Below, one piece after another: positions 47,368 to 57,268 of a stretch of 64,000 nt of DNA. The notes beneath the pieces were generated by a model. That model made no database searches and was not told the DNA's origin. It was given only the letters and a program-made list of their open reading frames with translations. Source of the DNA: Vulcanimicrobiota bacterium (GTDB lineage: Bacteria > Vulcanimicrobiota > Xenobia > Xenobiales > JADMJV01); assembly GCA_050250895.1 (NCBI GenBank), contig JBFWNU010000001.1, positions 680,008 through 744,007 on the forward strand, in the 5' to 3' direction. How positions within the stretch are numbered: position 1 is the first letter of the stretch; the number at the start of each line of letters is the position of its first letter. A program made the position numbers and the translations under genes.

Positions 47368-50157
47368 TTGCGGTCGTTCTTTCGCGATCTTCCGATCAGC
47401 CGGAAGCTAAACCTTCTGGCTGTGCTCACCAGTCTCTTGGCACTGGCGATGGCTGCTGTCGGAGTCATCGCGGCCGACTTCTACTTCGTAATCCGTGGCC
47501 TGCAGGAGGACCTCCGAATGCAGGCCCGTTTTATTTCTGTCCAGTACGACCTGTCGCTGGAAGAGGACGCCCCCCTGGCCGGCGACGAGTTCACTCGTAT
47601 CTGTAGCATCGACCCGAGCATTATGGAGGCCACCCTCTTCGATGCCGACTGGGTGTCCAACAGCGGCGACGAAGCCACCAACCACCCGGTTGGGGTGTTC
47701 CGCCGCGCGGGGGTAAAAAGCCAGGGCCCGCCTAAGTATCCCGACCTGCCTTTTGGGGTCGGTCGCGACGGCAACTCGCTCTATGCTTTCATGCCGATCA
47801 ATCTCGACATTTCGGGCGAACAGGTCGGTTCGGTCTTCATCCGCTCCGACCTGAGTAAACTCTACGAGGCGGTGCGCTACCATTTGAGGCTGCTGGGCCT
47901 GGTCTTCTTGGCCTCGGGTGGCCTGGCCTGGATCTTCAGCGACCGCTTGCAGCCGTTTATCTCCCGCCCTATCGCCAAGCTGGCCGAAAAAGCCCGCCTG
48001 ATTTCGCTCTCGGCCGACTATTCGTTGCGCCAGCAAAAAGAAGGCGACGACGAGATCGGCAACCTGACCGAGTCGTTCAACGAGATGCTCGAAGCTATCG
48101 AAGAGCGCGAGCGAGACCTCAAACGCACGCTCGAAGAACTACAACGGCGCGACGTCGAACTGGTGGCGGCCAAGGAGACGGCCGAACAGGCCACGCGCGC
48201 CAAATCCGAATTCCTGGCTCATATGAGCCACGAAATTCGCACTCCGATGAACGGCATCATGGGCATGACCAACATCGCCCTCAAGACTGAACTTACCGAC
48301 TCGCAGAAAGAGTACCTCACCGCCGTCAAGAATTCGGCTGACGCGCTCTTGCGCATCATCAACGAGATTCTCGACTTCTCCAAGATCGAAGCCGGCCACC
48401 TCGAACTCGATCCCATCCCGTTCGACTTTCACGAGTGCATGGCCGACGCCCTCAAGGCCGTGGCCCTGCAGGCCCACATCAAGGGGCTCGAGCTTTCTTG
48501 CCACGTGGACGGCGACATTCCCGTCGAGATGGTGGGCGACCCGGCCCGCCTGCGCCAGATCATCATCAACATCGTAGGCAACGGCCTCAAGTTCACTCAC
48601 GAAGGCGGCCTGAGCCTCCGGGCCTTCATCCTCGAGGATATGAAGACAGCTTTCAAGCTGCATCTCGAAGTTACCGACACCGGCATCGGTATTCCCAAAG
48701 ATCGCCAGGACAAAATCTTCGAGTCGTTCACCCAGGCCGACAGCAGCACCTCGCGCAACTATGGGGGCACGGGTCTCGGCTTGACCATCACGGCCCGTCT
48801 GGTCGAGATGATGGGTGGCCGAATCTGGGTCGAATCCGAGGTTGGCGTCGGGAGCACTTTCCATTTCGATATCGTACTGGAGAAGACCGAGCAGCCGGAA
48901 AGTCCGGTGGACGACGCCCTCAAAGAGCTGGTGGCCGGAAAGAAGGCCCTGGCAGTTTCAGAGCATCCCATCCACCAGGCTGCCCTCGAAGACCTGCTCA
49001 AGGAGTTCCAGATCGAGCCGGTAGTGTGCAAGACCGGCAACGAAGCTCTCGAACGGCTCAAGACCGAGAAATTCGACATGTTGCTGGCCGATGCCGACAT
49101 GGTCAGTCTGGATGGCTTCAACCTGCTGCGCAAGGCCCGCAATAGCGGTGGCCCCCCGCTTTCCGTCCTGTTGCTGCGCTCGAGCGATCTGGCCGGAGAC
49201 ATCGCCCGCTATCGTAAAATGGGTGGCCAGGGTCATCTGGTCAAACCCCTCAAGCGCAGCGATGTGCGAGACATGCTCTTACGCCAATTTGCTCCCGAAC
49301 GAGCCGACGAACTGCTGGGTCTGGAAGAGGCCAGTGGCGTGGTGGCCCTGCCGCCACTGAAGGTGTTGGTAGCCGACGACAACGCGATCAACCGGCAACT
49401 GGCTCGCCTCTTGCTCGAAGAGCGCGGCTGCGAAGTCTTCGAAGCCGAGGACGGCAACGAAGTGCTGGTTCGCCTCGACGAAATCAGCGACATCGACATC
49501 TTGTTACTCGATATCATGATGCCCGACATGGACGGCTTTGAGTGCACCGCCCATATTCGCGCCCGAGAACAAGAGCGCGAGGCGGCCCGACTGCCGATCA
49601 TCGCCCTCACTGCCCACGCCCTCAAGGGCTATGAAGAGAAATGTCTGGCCGCGGACATGGACGGCTATCTCTCCAAGCCCATCGACGAGAACAAATTAGC
49701 TCAGACCCTATCCAAGTTTGCCGGCGACAAGGAAATCGTCGAGAAGGAAGTAGCCGAAGAGTCCCAGTCCGAACCTGCCGCCGCCGAACCCGAAGCCGCC
49801 GATACCAACGGCAGCGCGGTTGGACCCGTCATCGACGTGGATGCCGTGCTACGTCGCGTGAGCGGCAACAAGGATATTCTCAAGATGCTGGCCGGTCAGT
49901 TTCTCGACCTTAGCCGACAACAACTCGATCAAATCAAGTCCGCCGTCGACAAAGACGACGCCAAGGCACTCGAAATCGCCGCTCACACCTTCAAAGGCTC
50001 GCTCTTGAACTTCGAGGCTCGCATCGCCGCCGAAAGCGCCAAGAAACTGGAGTATATGGGCCGAGAGGGCTCGACCGAGGGAGCCAGCGAGATCTTCGAC
50101 GAACTCAGCAAGAGTTATGTCGACCTGCGAGTAGAACTCGAAAAGCTCGCCACTTAG
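47368..50157 (+). CDS. Hybrid sensor histidine kinase (2TM sensor, HAMP, HisKA, HATPase, 2 REC, Hpt)
   Basis: [53 protein letters not shown]...DIMMP...K, Hpt AHTFKGS. Confidence 0.94.
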   Translation: MRSFFRDLPISRKLNLLAVLTSLLALAMAAVGVIAADFYFVIRGLQEDLRMQARFISVQYDLSLEEDAPLAGDEFTRICSIDPSIMEATLFDADWVSNSGDEATNHPVGVFRRAGVKSQGPPKYPDLPFGVGRDGNSLYAFMPINLDISGEQVGSVFIRSDLSKLYEAVRYHLRLLGLVFLASGGLAWIFSDRLQPFISRPIAKLAEKARLISLSADYSLRQQKEGDDEIGNLTESFNEMLEAIEERERDLKRTLEELQRRDVELVAAKETAEQATRAKSEFLAHMSHEIRTPMNGIMGMTNIALKTELTDSQKEYLTAVKNSADALLRIINEILDFSKIEAGHLELDPIPFDFHECMADALKAVALQAHIKGLELSCHVDGDIPVEMVGDPARLRQIIINIVGNGLKFTHEGGLSLRAFILEDMKTAFKLHLEVTDTGIGIPKDRQDKIFESFTQADSSTSRNYGGTGLGLTITARLVEMMGGRIWVESEVGVGSTFHFDIVLEKTEQPESPVDDALKELVAGKKALAVSEHPIHQAALEDLLKEFQIEPVVCKTGNEALERLKTEKFDMLLADADMVSLDGFNLLRKARNSGGPPLSVLLLRSSDLAGDIARYRKMGGQGHLVKPLKRSDVRDMLLRQFAPERADELLGLEEASGVVALPPLKVLVADDNAINRQLARLLLEERGCEVFEAEDGNEVLVRLDEISDIDILLLDIMMPDMDGFECTAHIRAREQEREAARLPIIALTAHALKGYEEKCLAADMDGYLSKPIDENKLAQTLSKFAGDKEIVEKEVAEESQSEPAAAEPEAADTNGSAVGPVIDVDAVLRRVSGNKDILKMLAGQFLDLSRQQLDQIKSAVDKDDAKALEIAAHTFKGSLLNFEARIAAESAKKLEYMGREGSTEGASEIFDELSKSYVDLRVELEKLAT

Positions 50158-50492
50158 AACCAGCGCCAGCCGTGGTCGAGCCAATCGAAAAGAAAGCCTG
50201 CCCAGCCTTTGGGATAGAGCGCGAACTTGACCAGGAAGTAAAGTAGGGGTAGAGCCGAGCCTACCAGGCCGCAGACGTAGAGCTGAAACTCGATGGACTC
50301 GCGATCTTGTAGTCGCACCAGCATCACCACCGACAGGATGACGGCAAAGACCCAACCTAGCAGGGCAACTCCCACCAGGGTGAGCGGGAAGAGCAACTTC
50401 CACGAGTCGAACCCACCCAGATGCACCAGCAGCAGGCTACCCACCGTAAAGAGCCAGGCCAGAGCCATCGTGCCAGCCGCAAGATATTGCAT
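50154..50492 (-). CDS. Small hypothetical membrane protein (3 TM)
   Basis: 112 aa of mostly hydrophobic helices from ATG 50492. Confidence 0.65.
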   Translation of the reverse strand: MQYLAAGTMALAWLFTVGSLLLVHLGGFDSWKLLFPLTLVGVALLGWVFAVILSVVMLVRLQDRESIEFQLYVCGLVGSALPLLYFLVKFALYPKGWAGFLFDWLDHGWRWF

Positions 50493-50589
50493 GACTACCT
50501 TTAGCTTAGCCCTTCGACCGGGCCAGGTCAACGAGACAGCAACATCCCGTTAGTAACCCACCGGTCGCGGAGGGATAGAGTGCCAGAGT

Positions 50590-52041
50590 ATGAGGATCCA
50601 GTCGTTGGTCAGGCCCTCGGGGCTCAAGATGATGGCTCTTGGCGACAGCATGTCGGCCGGCATGCAAGACTGCACTCTGAGTCGCCAGACCCAGCAGTGC
50701 TCGATGCCCCGAATGGTGGCGGATCAACTGAGCCTCGATTTTCGCCAGCCCGAGTTCGATGAGCGGGGCGCTCCACCGGTAGTCTTCGAAGGGGGCCGGG
50801 TGGATCTTGGCCAGGTGGCCCTTCGCTACAGCCAGGTCGGACTGGCGGCGGCCGTTCCTCTGGGCCTTCTGAACGCCGGCTTTCTGCCCCACGAAAACCT
50901 GCTCAAGCCGTTGGACTGGGCCACCGTCATCGGCCATGTCGACCAACCACCGCCCTATGACAACGTGGCCATCTCGGGCTTTGAGTTGCGTCACCTCACC
51001 GACACCCGCAACGTCTACGACCTCATGGGCGAGATGCTCGACGGCTCGGAGTCGCCCGAAGGACTGAGCTTCTACGAACCCTATGTCAAAGGCGTGTTGC
51101 AGCACGGCCAGCCAGCTGCCGCGGGGCGCTCGCAGGTCGATCAGGCCGTCGCCAATCAGCCCGACTTGATCACCTTTTTCGCGGGGGTCAACGACTTCTG
51201 GGAGGCGACCAGCTCCGGCTGCCTCAACGACGCCACTTTGACCCCGATGGAGGACAGGCCGTGGGAGCTTGGCGGCGGCAAGACGACCGGTCAGCCAAAG
51301 AAGGGCCTCCGTAGCGCCCTGGTCGGTTCCGAGGGGGCCATCACCAGACTGCTGGCTGAAACCCAAGCCCACATCCTCGAGCTGACCGTGCCGGACGTGA
51401 CCGCCTTTCCCCAGTTGCGCGAGGTGGGTAAGCCCATCGGCAAGCTCCCCTTTCGGGTCATCCTCAAAGGCCGTGACCTGACCGAGCAAGTCGAGCAATG
51501 GGTCATTCCCGACCAGATCCGCGGCCAGGGAACCGACGGACGCACGCAGTTTCCTCCCGGTAGCAAAGTCAGCCTGGCCACCATCGCCGCCGGCCTGGCT
51601 CATTGGAAAGACCCCAACGGCGTCTTCACCGAGGATCAGGTGCTCGATCCTGAAGAGGCGGCCACCATCCGGCACCACATCGACGATTACAACCAGCTGC
51701 TACGTCACACGGCCGAAACGAACGAGCGGATCCACCTGGTGGATCTTTCGAGCTGGTTCGAGGGGGTCAAGGCTGGCCTCGAACTAAAGGGTGAAGGCGC
51801 TCCCCAGACGGTCGGACCGGGGTTCACTGGAGTGGTGGACGAGCACGGTCGCCAGGGAATCTTCAGCTATGACGGCCTGCACTTCAGCCAGGCCGGCAAC
51901 GCGCTGGTGGCTAATCAGGTTTTACAGGCGGCTCGCCGGCTGGCGGCCAGACCGGGCTTTGAACAGCTGGGGCAGGCACAGCCGGTGGACGAAAAGCGGG
52001 CGCTGGCAGAAGACCCCCGCCTGCGGCCTGCCGACTCGTAG
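50590..52041 (+). CDS. SGNH/GDSL hydrolase
   Basis: Block I ALGDSMSAG, NVAISG, GVND, block V DGLHFS. No Sec signal. Confidence 0.85.
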   Translation: MRIQSLVRPSGLKMMALGDSMSAGMQDCTLSRQTQQCSMPRMVADQLSLDFRQPEFDERGAPPVVFEGGRVDLGQVALRYSQVGLAAAVPLGLLNAGFLPHENLLKPLDWATVIGHVDQPPPYDNVAISGFELRHLTDTRNVYDLMGEMLDGSESPEGLSFYEPYVKGVLQHGQPAAAGRSQVDQAVANQPDLITFFAGVNDFWEATSSGCLNDATLTPMEDRPWELGGGKTTGQPKKGLRSALVGSEGAITRLLAETQAHILELTVPDVTAFPQLREVGKPIGKLPFRVILKGRDLTEQVEQWVIPDQIRGQGTDGRTQFPPGSKVSLATIAAGLAHWKDPNGVFTEDQVLDPEEAATIRHHIDDYNQLLRHTAETNERIHLVDLSSWFEGVKAGLELKGEGAPQTVGPGFTGVVDEHGRQGIFSYDGLHFSQAGNALVANQVLQAARRLAARPGFEQLGQAQPVDEKRALAEDPRLRPADS

Positions 52042-53092
52042 GCGCCGGTGCCGGCGGCGATTCAATGCCGCTCAACTGCGTTTTGGTGGTCGCCATAAAG
52101 TCGTGCAGGTCGTTGCGCAGGTAAGTGCCTGCCTGCTCGCCGTAGCGCTCACGGTATTCAGCAATCTGGAGGGGTTTGCCCACGGCGATCTCGGCCACCG
52201 GACGCGAGTGGAACAGGTTGGCCAACTGGCGCATGCCCACCCCGGCCGCCAGGCTGGTGGCGGCCAGCACGGGAAAAGCGATGCCCGGAGGCAGACTGGC
52301 TCCGGCTACGGCTCCGGTGAGGGCGCCCGCGGCAATCCCTTTGGCCGCCCGGCCCATGGTCTCGAAGGCATCGGGCCCGTAGTCGCCACGAGTGGCCACG
52401 TAGGCTCCGGCCACTCCGCCGGCCAGCGCTCCGGCCAGCCCCCGGGCGGCCGGACCACCCAGGCTGCCCCAAAGACCGGCTGCCACCACGGCTCCGGTGG
52501 CCAGCCATCCGGCCGCTTTCTCGATGGGCCCGGCCAGACTGGCGTCGCCCTTCTCGAAATTGACGGCGATGGGAACCACCGACTCAAAGTTGGCCCGGGT
52601 CGCCAGCCAGGCAACACCATTCTTTAGCTCGTGGACCTTGCCGTCGCGAAACATCTTGCCCTCGGGGCACATCAACACCGGTTGCCCGGATTCCAGCAGT
52701 TCTTTGGAGTGTTCGAGGGGAAAGCGGTCCTTGCTGTCACGGTCGACGGGAAAATAGCCGATGTTGCGCATGATGGCACCCGGCACGCCCCAAAAGACTT
52801 CTTTGGCGGCCATGTAGGTGAGCCGCTGGCGCGTAACGCTCGAGATGAGGGGCAGGTCCAGTTCGCTCTGGTGAGTCGGGCAGTAAAGGTGCCCGCCCCC
52901 GTCGGGAATGTTCTCGGCACCGGTGACCTGTTTGCGAAAGATGACATTCGAGGCCAGAGCGGTGGCCGGCTTGGCCACCCGGCTCAAGATGGGATCGAGG
53001 TAGGCGCGACCGTCTTTCTGAGCGTTCGAGCGCGGCGGGGTGGCACCTTGCTTGGGAATAAAGGGCGGGATATAGGGCGTGGCAATCCTCAC
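51911..53092 (-). CDS. Lysophospholipid acyltransferase (PlsC family) with N-terminal leader and Gly-zipper insert
   Basis: HQSELD (HxxxxD), AAKE, FPVDR, PEG. A hydrophobic GxxxG-rich insert precedes the final VGKP strand. Confidence 0.85.
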   Translation of the reverse strand: MRIATPYIPPFIPKQGATPPRSNAQKDGRAYLDPILSRVAKPATALASNVIFRKQVTGAENIPDGGGHLYCPTHQSELDLPLISSVTRQRLTYMAAKEVFWGVPGAIMRNIGYFPVDRDSKDRFPLEHSKELLESGQPVLMCPEGKMFRDGKVHELKNGVAWLATRANFESVVPIAVNFEKGDASLAGPIEKAAGWLATGAVVAAGLWGSLGGPAARGLAGALAGGVAGAYVATRGDYGPDAFETMGRAAKGIAAGALTGAVAGASLPPGIAFPVLAATSLAAGVGMRQLANLFHSRPVAEIAVGKPLQIAEYRERYGEQAGTYLRNDLHDFMATTKTQLSGIESPPAPAPTSRQAAGGGLLPAPAFRPPAVPAPAVQSPVWPPAGEPPVKPD

Positions 53093-53098
53093 GCCCTG

Positions 53099-53120
53099 AG
53101 TCTAGGCCATCAGGCTCAAA
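53099..53120 (-). promoter_or_regulatory. Shared promoter-like motif TTTGAG-N8-CCTAGACT (probably leaderless transcript)
   Basis: Minus strand TTTGAGcctgatggCCTAGACT, ending 6 nt before GTG 53092. No RBS. Confidence 0.62.
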
Positions 53121-53199
53121 AAATTTGGAAACGACAACACTAGCGATTGAACATCTTGTCTTCTTGTCCTGAGCCGACCCCATTGGATATGATATTCCT

Positions 53200-53528
53200 A
53201 TGGACAAGATCAAACGCAAGTGGCCGAGATGAGAGTTGAGTTGGTGGCCACCCGAGACGCCCTCAAACAAGGCGAAGTAGCCCTGGCCCAGGTCGAGGCC
53301 GCCTTCGAGAAAATGGGAGTTCGCCTGGGCGATGTCCAGCATGGCCTGCCCCGGCGTCCAGCAAGGCCTGATCGTCATGGAACAAGGTCTGGCCGAGACG
53401 CAAAGGGACTGGCCGAGGCCAATCGTGGAATCTCGACCAACCGCCACAATCAAGCCGATTCGAGCCGCCGTTTCGACAATTTCCTGGCCCGCTTTGACGA
53501 AGTGACCGAGATGTTGGTCGAGAGCTAG
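53200..53528 (+). pseudogene. Small coiled-coil gene with apparent homopolymer frameshifts (pseudogene or sequencing errors)
   Basis: Single-base corrections at aaa (53212), cccc (53349) and aaaggg (53402) give MDKIKTQVAEM...DVQHGL.GVQQGLIVMEQGLAETQ.GLAEANRGI, a regular heptad repeat. Confidence 0.55.
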
Positions 53529-54808
53529 CTGCCTTTGCGCCGGAGCGCCTCGGCCAGCGCTCCCTCGGCGTTGACCACGCCAGCGCCCTGACTGTTGGCG
53601 TCGGCGCCTTCCAGCGGCACGGCCGTCGAGGTGAAGATCTCTTTCACCTCGGCCGGAGTCAGGTCGTGATTAGCCGAGAGTACGGCGGCGATCACGCCAG
53701 CCATTACCGGGGTGGCCATCGAAGTGCCTGAAATGGTGATGTAGCTGCGACCCACGTGGGGCACGGCCATCTTGTCGAGAGCCGAACCGGGCGAGTTGGC
53801 GGCCGTGATGGCCACGCCGGGCGAGAGAATGTCGGGCTTGGTCAGCCCGTCGATGGAAGTGGGTCCCCGCGACGAGAAGAAAGCCACTTCATCGTCGGCC
53901 CGGGTGCGGGTGCCTTTGTCGTCGAGCGCCCCCACCGTGAAAGCCAGGGGATGGTTGCCGGGAGTACCGATGGTCGAGGGCTTGGGGCCCGAGTTGCCGC
54001 CGGCCACGGCCGCGATGATGCCGTTGTTGACGGCCGCTTCCACGGCTTGAGCGACGGGGTCTTCTTTATAAGAGGCAAAGACGGGCCCGCCCAGCGACAT
54101 GTTGATGATGTCGATATGGTGTTCTTCTTTGTGGTCGACCGCCCACTGCACGCCCTTGATGATGTCCGACAGGCGCCCCGAACCATGCTTGTCGAGCACT
54201 TTGATGCCCACCAGGTTGGCCTCGGGAGCCGGTCCCATATAGCGACCATCGGACATGCGACCGTCGCCGCCGGCATCGCCGGCCACATGGGTGCCGTGGC
54301 CCTGGTCGTCATAGGCGTCGGTGCGACCGGCCACCCAGTCTTTGAAGGCTACGATGCGATCCTGCAGGTCGGGATGGGGATGAATGCCGGTGTCGATGAC
54401 GGCGATGGTTACGCCCTGACCACGGTAACCCTGCTCCCAAAGCTTGTCGACGCCCAGAGTGGCCAGAGCGTTGTCGAGCTCGGGCCGGGGTCCGGTCTCC
54501 TCAGGCAGCACCGGGTCGATGAGGTGAACCTCTTCGTCGACCGTGACCTTGAACTTCTGGCCAGACTCGTTGAGCCGCGCCAGCGCCTCAGGGCTGACCT
54601 CGGCGGCAAAGCCGTTGATCAGGTGCAGGTCCTCGAGTTCACTGACGCCGGTGAGGCGAGTGAACGTATCCTGAGCCTCGACCAGGCCTTCCTGATCGGC
54701 CTGGACGATGACCGGAATCTTGCCTTCGGCGGTAGCCGCGCGGCGAGCCGCGTCGAGGGGATTCTGGCCCTGAAGGGCGAGGGTTTGCGACATGTGAATG
54801 GCGTTCAT
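53525..54808 (-). CDS. Subtilisin-like S8 serine protease (AprX-like) with I9-type prodomain
   Basis: VIDTG, HGTHVAG, AGGNSG, SSRGP, KPDILSPG, SGTSMATP. No Sec signal. Confidence 0.93.
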   Translation of the reverse strand: MNAIHMSQTLALQGQNPLDAARRAATAEGKIPVIVQADQEGLVEAQDTFTRLTGVSELEDLHLINGFAAEVSPEALARLNESGQKFKVTVDEEVHLIDPVLPEETGPRPELDNALATLGVDKLWEQGYRGQGVTIAVIDTGIHPHPDLQDRIVAFKDWVAGRTDAYDDQGHGTHVAGDAGGDGRMSDGRYMGPAPEANLVGIKVLDKHGSGRLSDIIKGVQWAVDHKEEHHIDIINMSLGGPVFASYKEDPVAQAVEAAVNNGIIAAVAGGNSGPKPSTIGTPGNHPLAFTVGALDDKGTRTRADDEVAFFSSRGPTSIDGLTKPDILSPGVAITAANSPGSALDKMAVPHVGRSYITISGTSMATPVMAGVIAAVLSANHDLTPAEVKEIFTSTAVPLEGADANSQGAGVVNAEGALAEALRRKGS

Positions 54809-54817
54809 GGCAGTCTC

Positions 54818-56800
54818 CTAAGCTTTCACCTTGGCGGGGTCGATGGGTCCGGGCGAACTGGCGCCGATCAGCCAGCGCACCACCGGGCTCACATAGTAGT
54901 ATTGATTGCTGTTGCTCTGGACGGCATTGAGCCGCTCCTGAGGCGTCATGGCCAGCTGGGCTTCTTTGGCCGCGGCCTGGCCTTTCTGGGTGAGATACAT
55001 ATCCACGCCGGTCTTGACGATGGGCAATCCGAAGGCAGCGATACCGGCCGGGCGAGTTACCCCAGCGGCGCCCTCGAACAGCATGCCCACGGCGGCCGTG
55101 CTGACGGCCACACCGGTGCCGGTGTCGAGCACGCCATCGATGATGGCCTGCTTCTTGTTGGCCAGGCGCTCGTCGCCGGCCGAGGTCACCACCTGCTTGA
55201 CGCCGCGGACCGCATCGTAGGCGCCGCCGGCCACCGCCATCGGCACACCCACTCCCGGCGGAATGCCGAAGTAGCTGGAAGGCGCCTGGCCCCGGGCGGC
55301 CCGATAGGCTTGCCAGTGACCGATGTTCGAGGCCAGACCCAGCGCGAAAGCGCCGGCCCGTTTGGCCACGGCCAACGACTTGTCGACCTTGTGGATGGTG
55401 GCGCTGCCCAGGCCAAAGGAGCGAAGCTTGTTGTGGAAGGGCGTGTCCTCGGCAATCGACTTGAACACCTGGCCCATGTTCGAGTGCTGACTCAGGGTAG
55501 TATCGTTCCAACCGTGCATACCGTCCCAGATGGGGGGCTGCTTCCAGGTGGGGGGAGCGTCGAAGCCCGAATCCAGCGGTAAGTAGGCCGACATGCCGGT
55601 GGCATTGGCCACCGCGTCACCCTGGTGAGCCTCGTCGACCAGGCTGTTCTGGGCGGCCGTAACCAGCGCCTCGGCCGCCTCTCGGGTGGCCTGGCTAAAG
55701 CGTTTGTCGAGCTTGACCTGGGAGGCGAAGTGGCCGAGGTCGCGATAGTCTCCGTAGAACTGCGAGCTGTTCTGGTCGACCGCGAACGACTGGGTGTCGC
55801 CGATGGCTCCGCGCAGCGCCTCGCGAGCCTCGCCGCCGGCCGCAAGATCGGCCGAGAGCGCGTCGGCCAGACCGGAGTAGGCGTCTTTGACGGCATCGAT
55901 CTTGGTCAGGTCATAAGCCGAAAGAGTGGGGTTGACCAACTCGGCCAGAGGCTTGGGTTGGGCTTTGGTCTCGAAAACAAACCATTTGGCCAACTGCTCG
56001 GGAGTGACCGTGCCCTTCTCGGCCAGTTCGAACTTGAGATCCTTCATGACCATGTCCATCTGGATCGAGCCGAGGTTGACGGCGCCTTGGGAGGCGACCA
56101 TCAGGCCGGCCACGTCCTTGAGCTGGTGGGCCATTTCCAACTGGCCCATCAGGCTGCCGTCAAAGGCCACCAGATCAATCTTCTTACCGGCGTCTTTGCC
56201 GGCTTCTCGCAAGGCCTGCTCGAGCCCCTTAGGCGAGAGGCGCGAGCCAGTGGTCTCGTCGAGGGCGGCGCCGTGGAAGCCTCCGCCCTGACCATAGATG
56301 ACCACGGCGTAGTGCTCGGCGGGATAGTTCTTGATGCCCCAGCTGAGAAACTCGGACAGGCTGGCCGAGCTACCCATATCAACCTGACCCAGGTCTTCTT
56401 TGACCGGCGAGACGATCCCATCGGTATAGGGCGGGACGAACCAGCGGATCAGCTCTTCTTGAACCGACGGAGGCTCGGGGTTGCGCTCGATCTCGTAGCG
56501 GCGGGTGCCGTTCCAGTCTTTGGTGAACCGGTCGTACCAACGCTTTTCGCGCCCCAGCTGAGCGACGATGTTCATGTTGTCGTCGCTGCCGGCCACCTCG
56601 AGCTCGCGAATCACGCTGGGAGCCAGACGGTCGAGTCCGGCGCCTTTGCCGTTAGCATAGACCAGCACGGTCCACTTCTTCTTGCCCTCGGAGCCCAGAC
56701 TCACCTGGTCGGTGGCCTGGTCGGCGGCGGCCGCCGATTCGGCCTGCGGCTTGCTCACAGCAGCCCTGGGTGGAGTGGGGCGAAAACCCTGGATGATCAT
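54818..56800 (-). CDS. Clostripain (C11)-like protein with substituted catalytic dyad and hydrophobic C-terminal domain
   Basis: KKWTVLVY, ELE.AGS, DMG...L.EFL.WG..NYPAEHY, YGQGGG (normally HG), FDGSLM (normally DAC), TLSA.DL, YRDL, GMSAYLP. Confidence 0.85.
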   Translation of the reverse strand: MIIQGFRPTPPRAAVSKPQAESAAAADQATDQVSLGSEGKKKWTVLVYANGKGAGLDRLAPSVIRELEVAGSDDNMNIVAQLGREKRWYDRFTKDWNGTRRYEIERNPEPPSVQEELIRWFVPPYTDGIVSPVKEDLGQVDMGSSASLSEFLSWGIKNYPAEHYAVVIYGQGGGFHGAALDETTGSRLSPKGLEQALREAGKDAGKKIDLVAFDGSLMGQLEMAHQLKDVAGLMVASQGAVNLGSIQMDMVMKDLKFELAEKGTVTPEQLAKWFVFETKAQPKPLAELVNPTLSAYDLTKIDAVKDAYSGLADALSADLAAGGEAREALRGAIGDTQSFAVDQNSSQFYGDYRDLGHFASQVKLDKRFSQATREAAEALVTAAQNSLVDEAHQGDAVANATGMSAYLPLDSGFDAPPTWKQPPIWDGMHGWNDTTLSQHSNMGQVFKSIAEDTPFHNKLRSFGLGSATIHKVDKSLAVAKRAGAFALGLASNIGHWQAYRAARGQAPSSYFGIPPGVGVPMAVAGGAYDAVRGVKQVVTSAGDERLANKKQAIIDGVLDTGTGVAVSTAAVGMLFEGAAGVTRPAGIAAFGLPIVKTGVDMYLTQKGQAAAKEAQLAMTPQERLNAVQSNSNQYYYVSPVVRWLIGASSPGPIDPAKVKA

Positions 56801-56850
56801 GTCACTGGTCCCTTCGGTCTCGCAAAGATGATGCGAAGAACTACGGGTCG

Positions 56851-56878
56851 AGTGTAGGCCGGCCCACCCCCTCAGAAA
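56851..56878 (-). promoter_or_regulatory. Variant of shared motif: TTTCTGAG-N12-CCTACACT
   Basis: Same CCTAnnCT box, 50 nt upstream of ATG 56800, but a longer spacer. Confidence 0.4.
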
Positions 56879-56901
56879 TTACCAAAACGTTAACAGACTC
56901 T

Positions 56902-57198
56902 TCATGGCAAGTCTTCGGGCCGGGGAAACTTCTTGCGAAGAGTTTCGAGCTCTTCCTTGAGAGCCAGGATCTCTTGCTTGGATTCGGCCCCCCCAAAGGC
57001 CAGCGTCTTGATGGCTTCGAGCGTGCGGTCGAGGCGGTCGGCCATCTCGGAGAAAGAGTTCTGAGCCGACTCGGCCATCTTGCGCACTTCGGTCAGACCC
57101 TTTTCCATATCTCCGGCCCGGACCGAAGCCTCGCGCATGCTCAGCGCCAGCAACTTGAAATTCGTTTCAATCGTGGTCCGAATCTCGTCGTCGTTCAC
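56902..57198 (-). CDS. Small coiled-coil hypothetical protein
   Basis: 98 aa heptad-rich. Extended -10 TGaTACAAT lies 6 nt before the GTG (leaderless). Confidence 0.7.
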   Translation of the reverse strand: MNDDEIRTTIETNFKLLALSMREASVRAGDMEKGLTEVRKMAESAQNSFSEMADRLDRTLEAIKTLAFGGAESKQEILALKEELETLRKKFPRPEDLP

Positions 57199-57268
57199 GA
57201 CCCCATTGTATCAAAAAGTTTACTTTCATGGAGTATCTCCCAGCGAAATCGATCCACACCATGGACGG

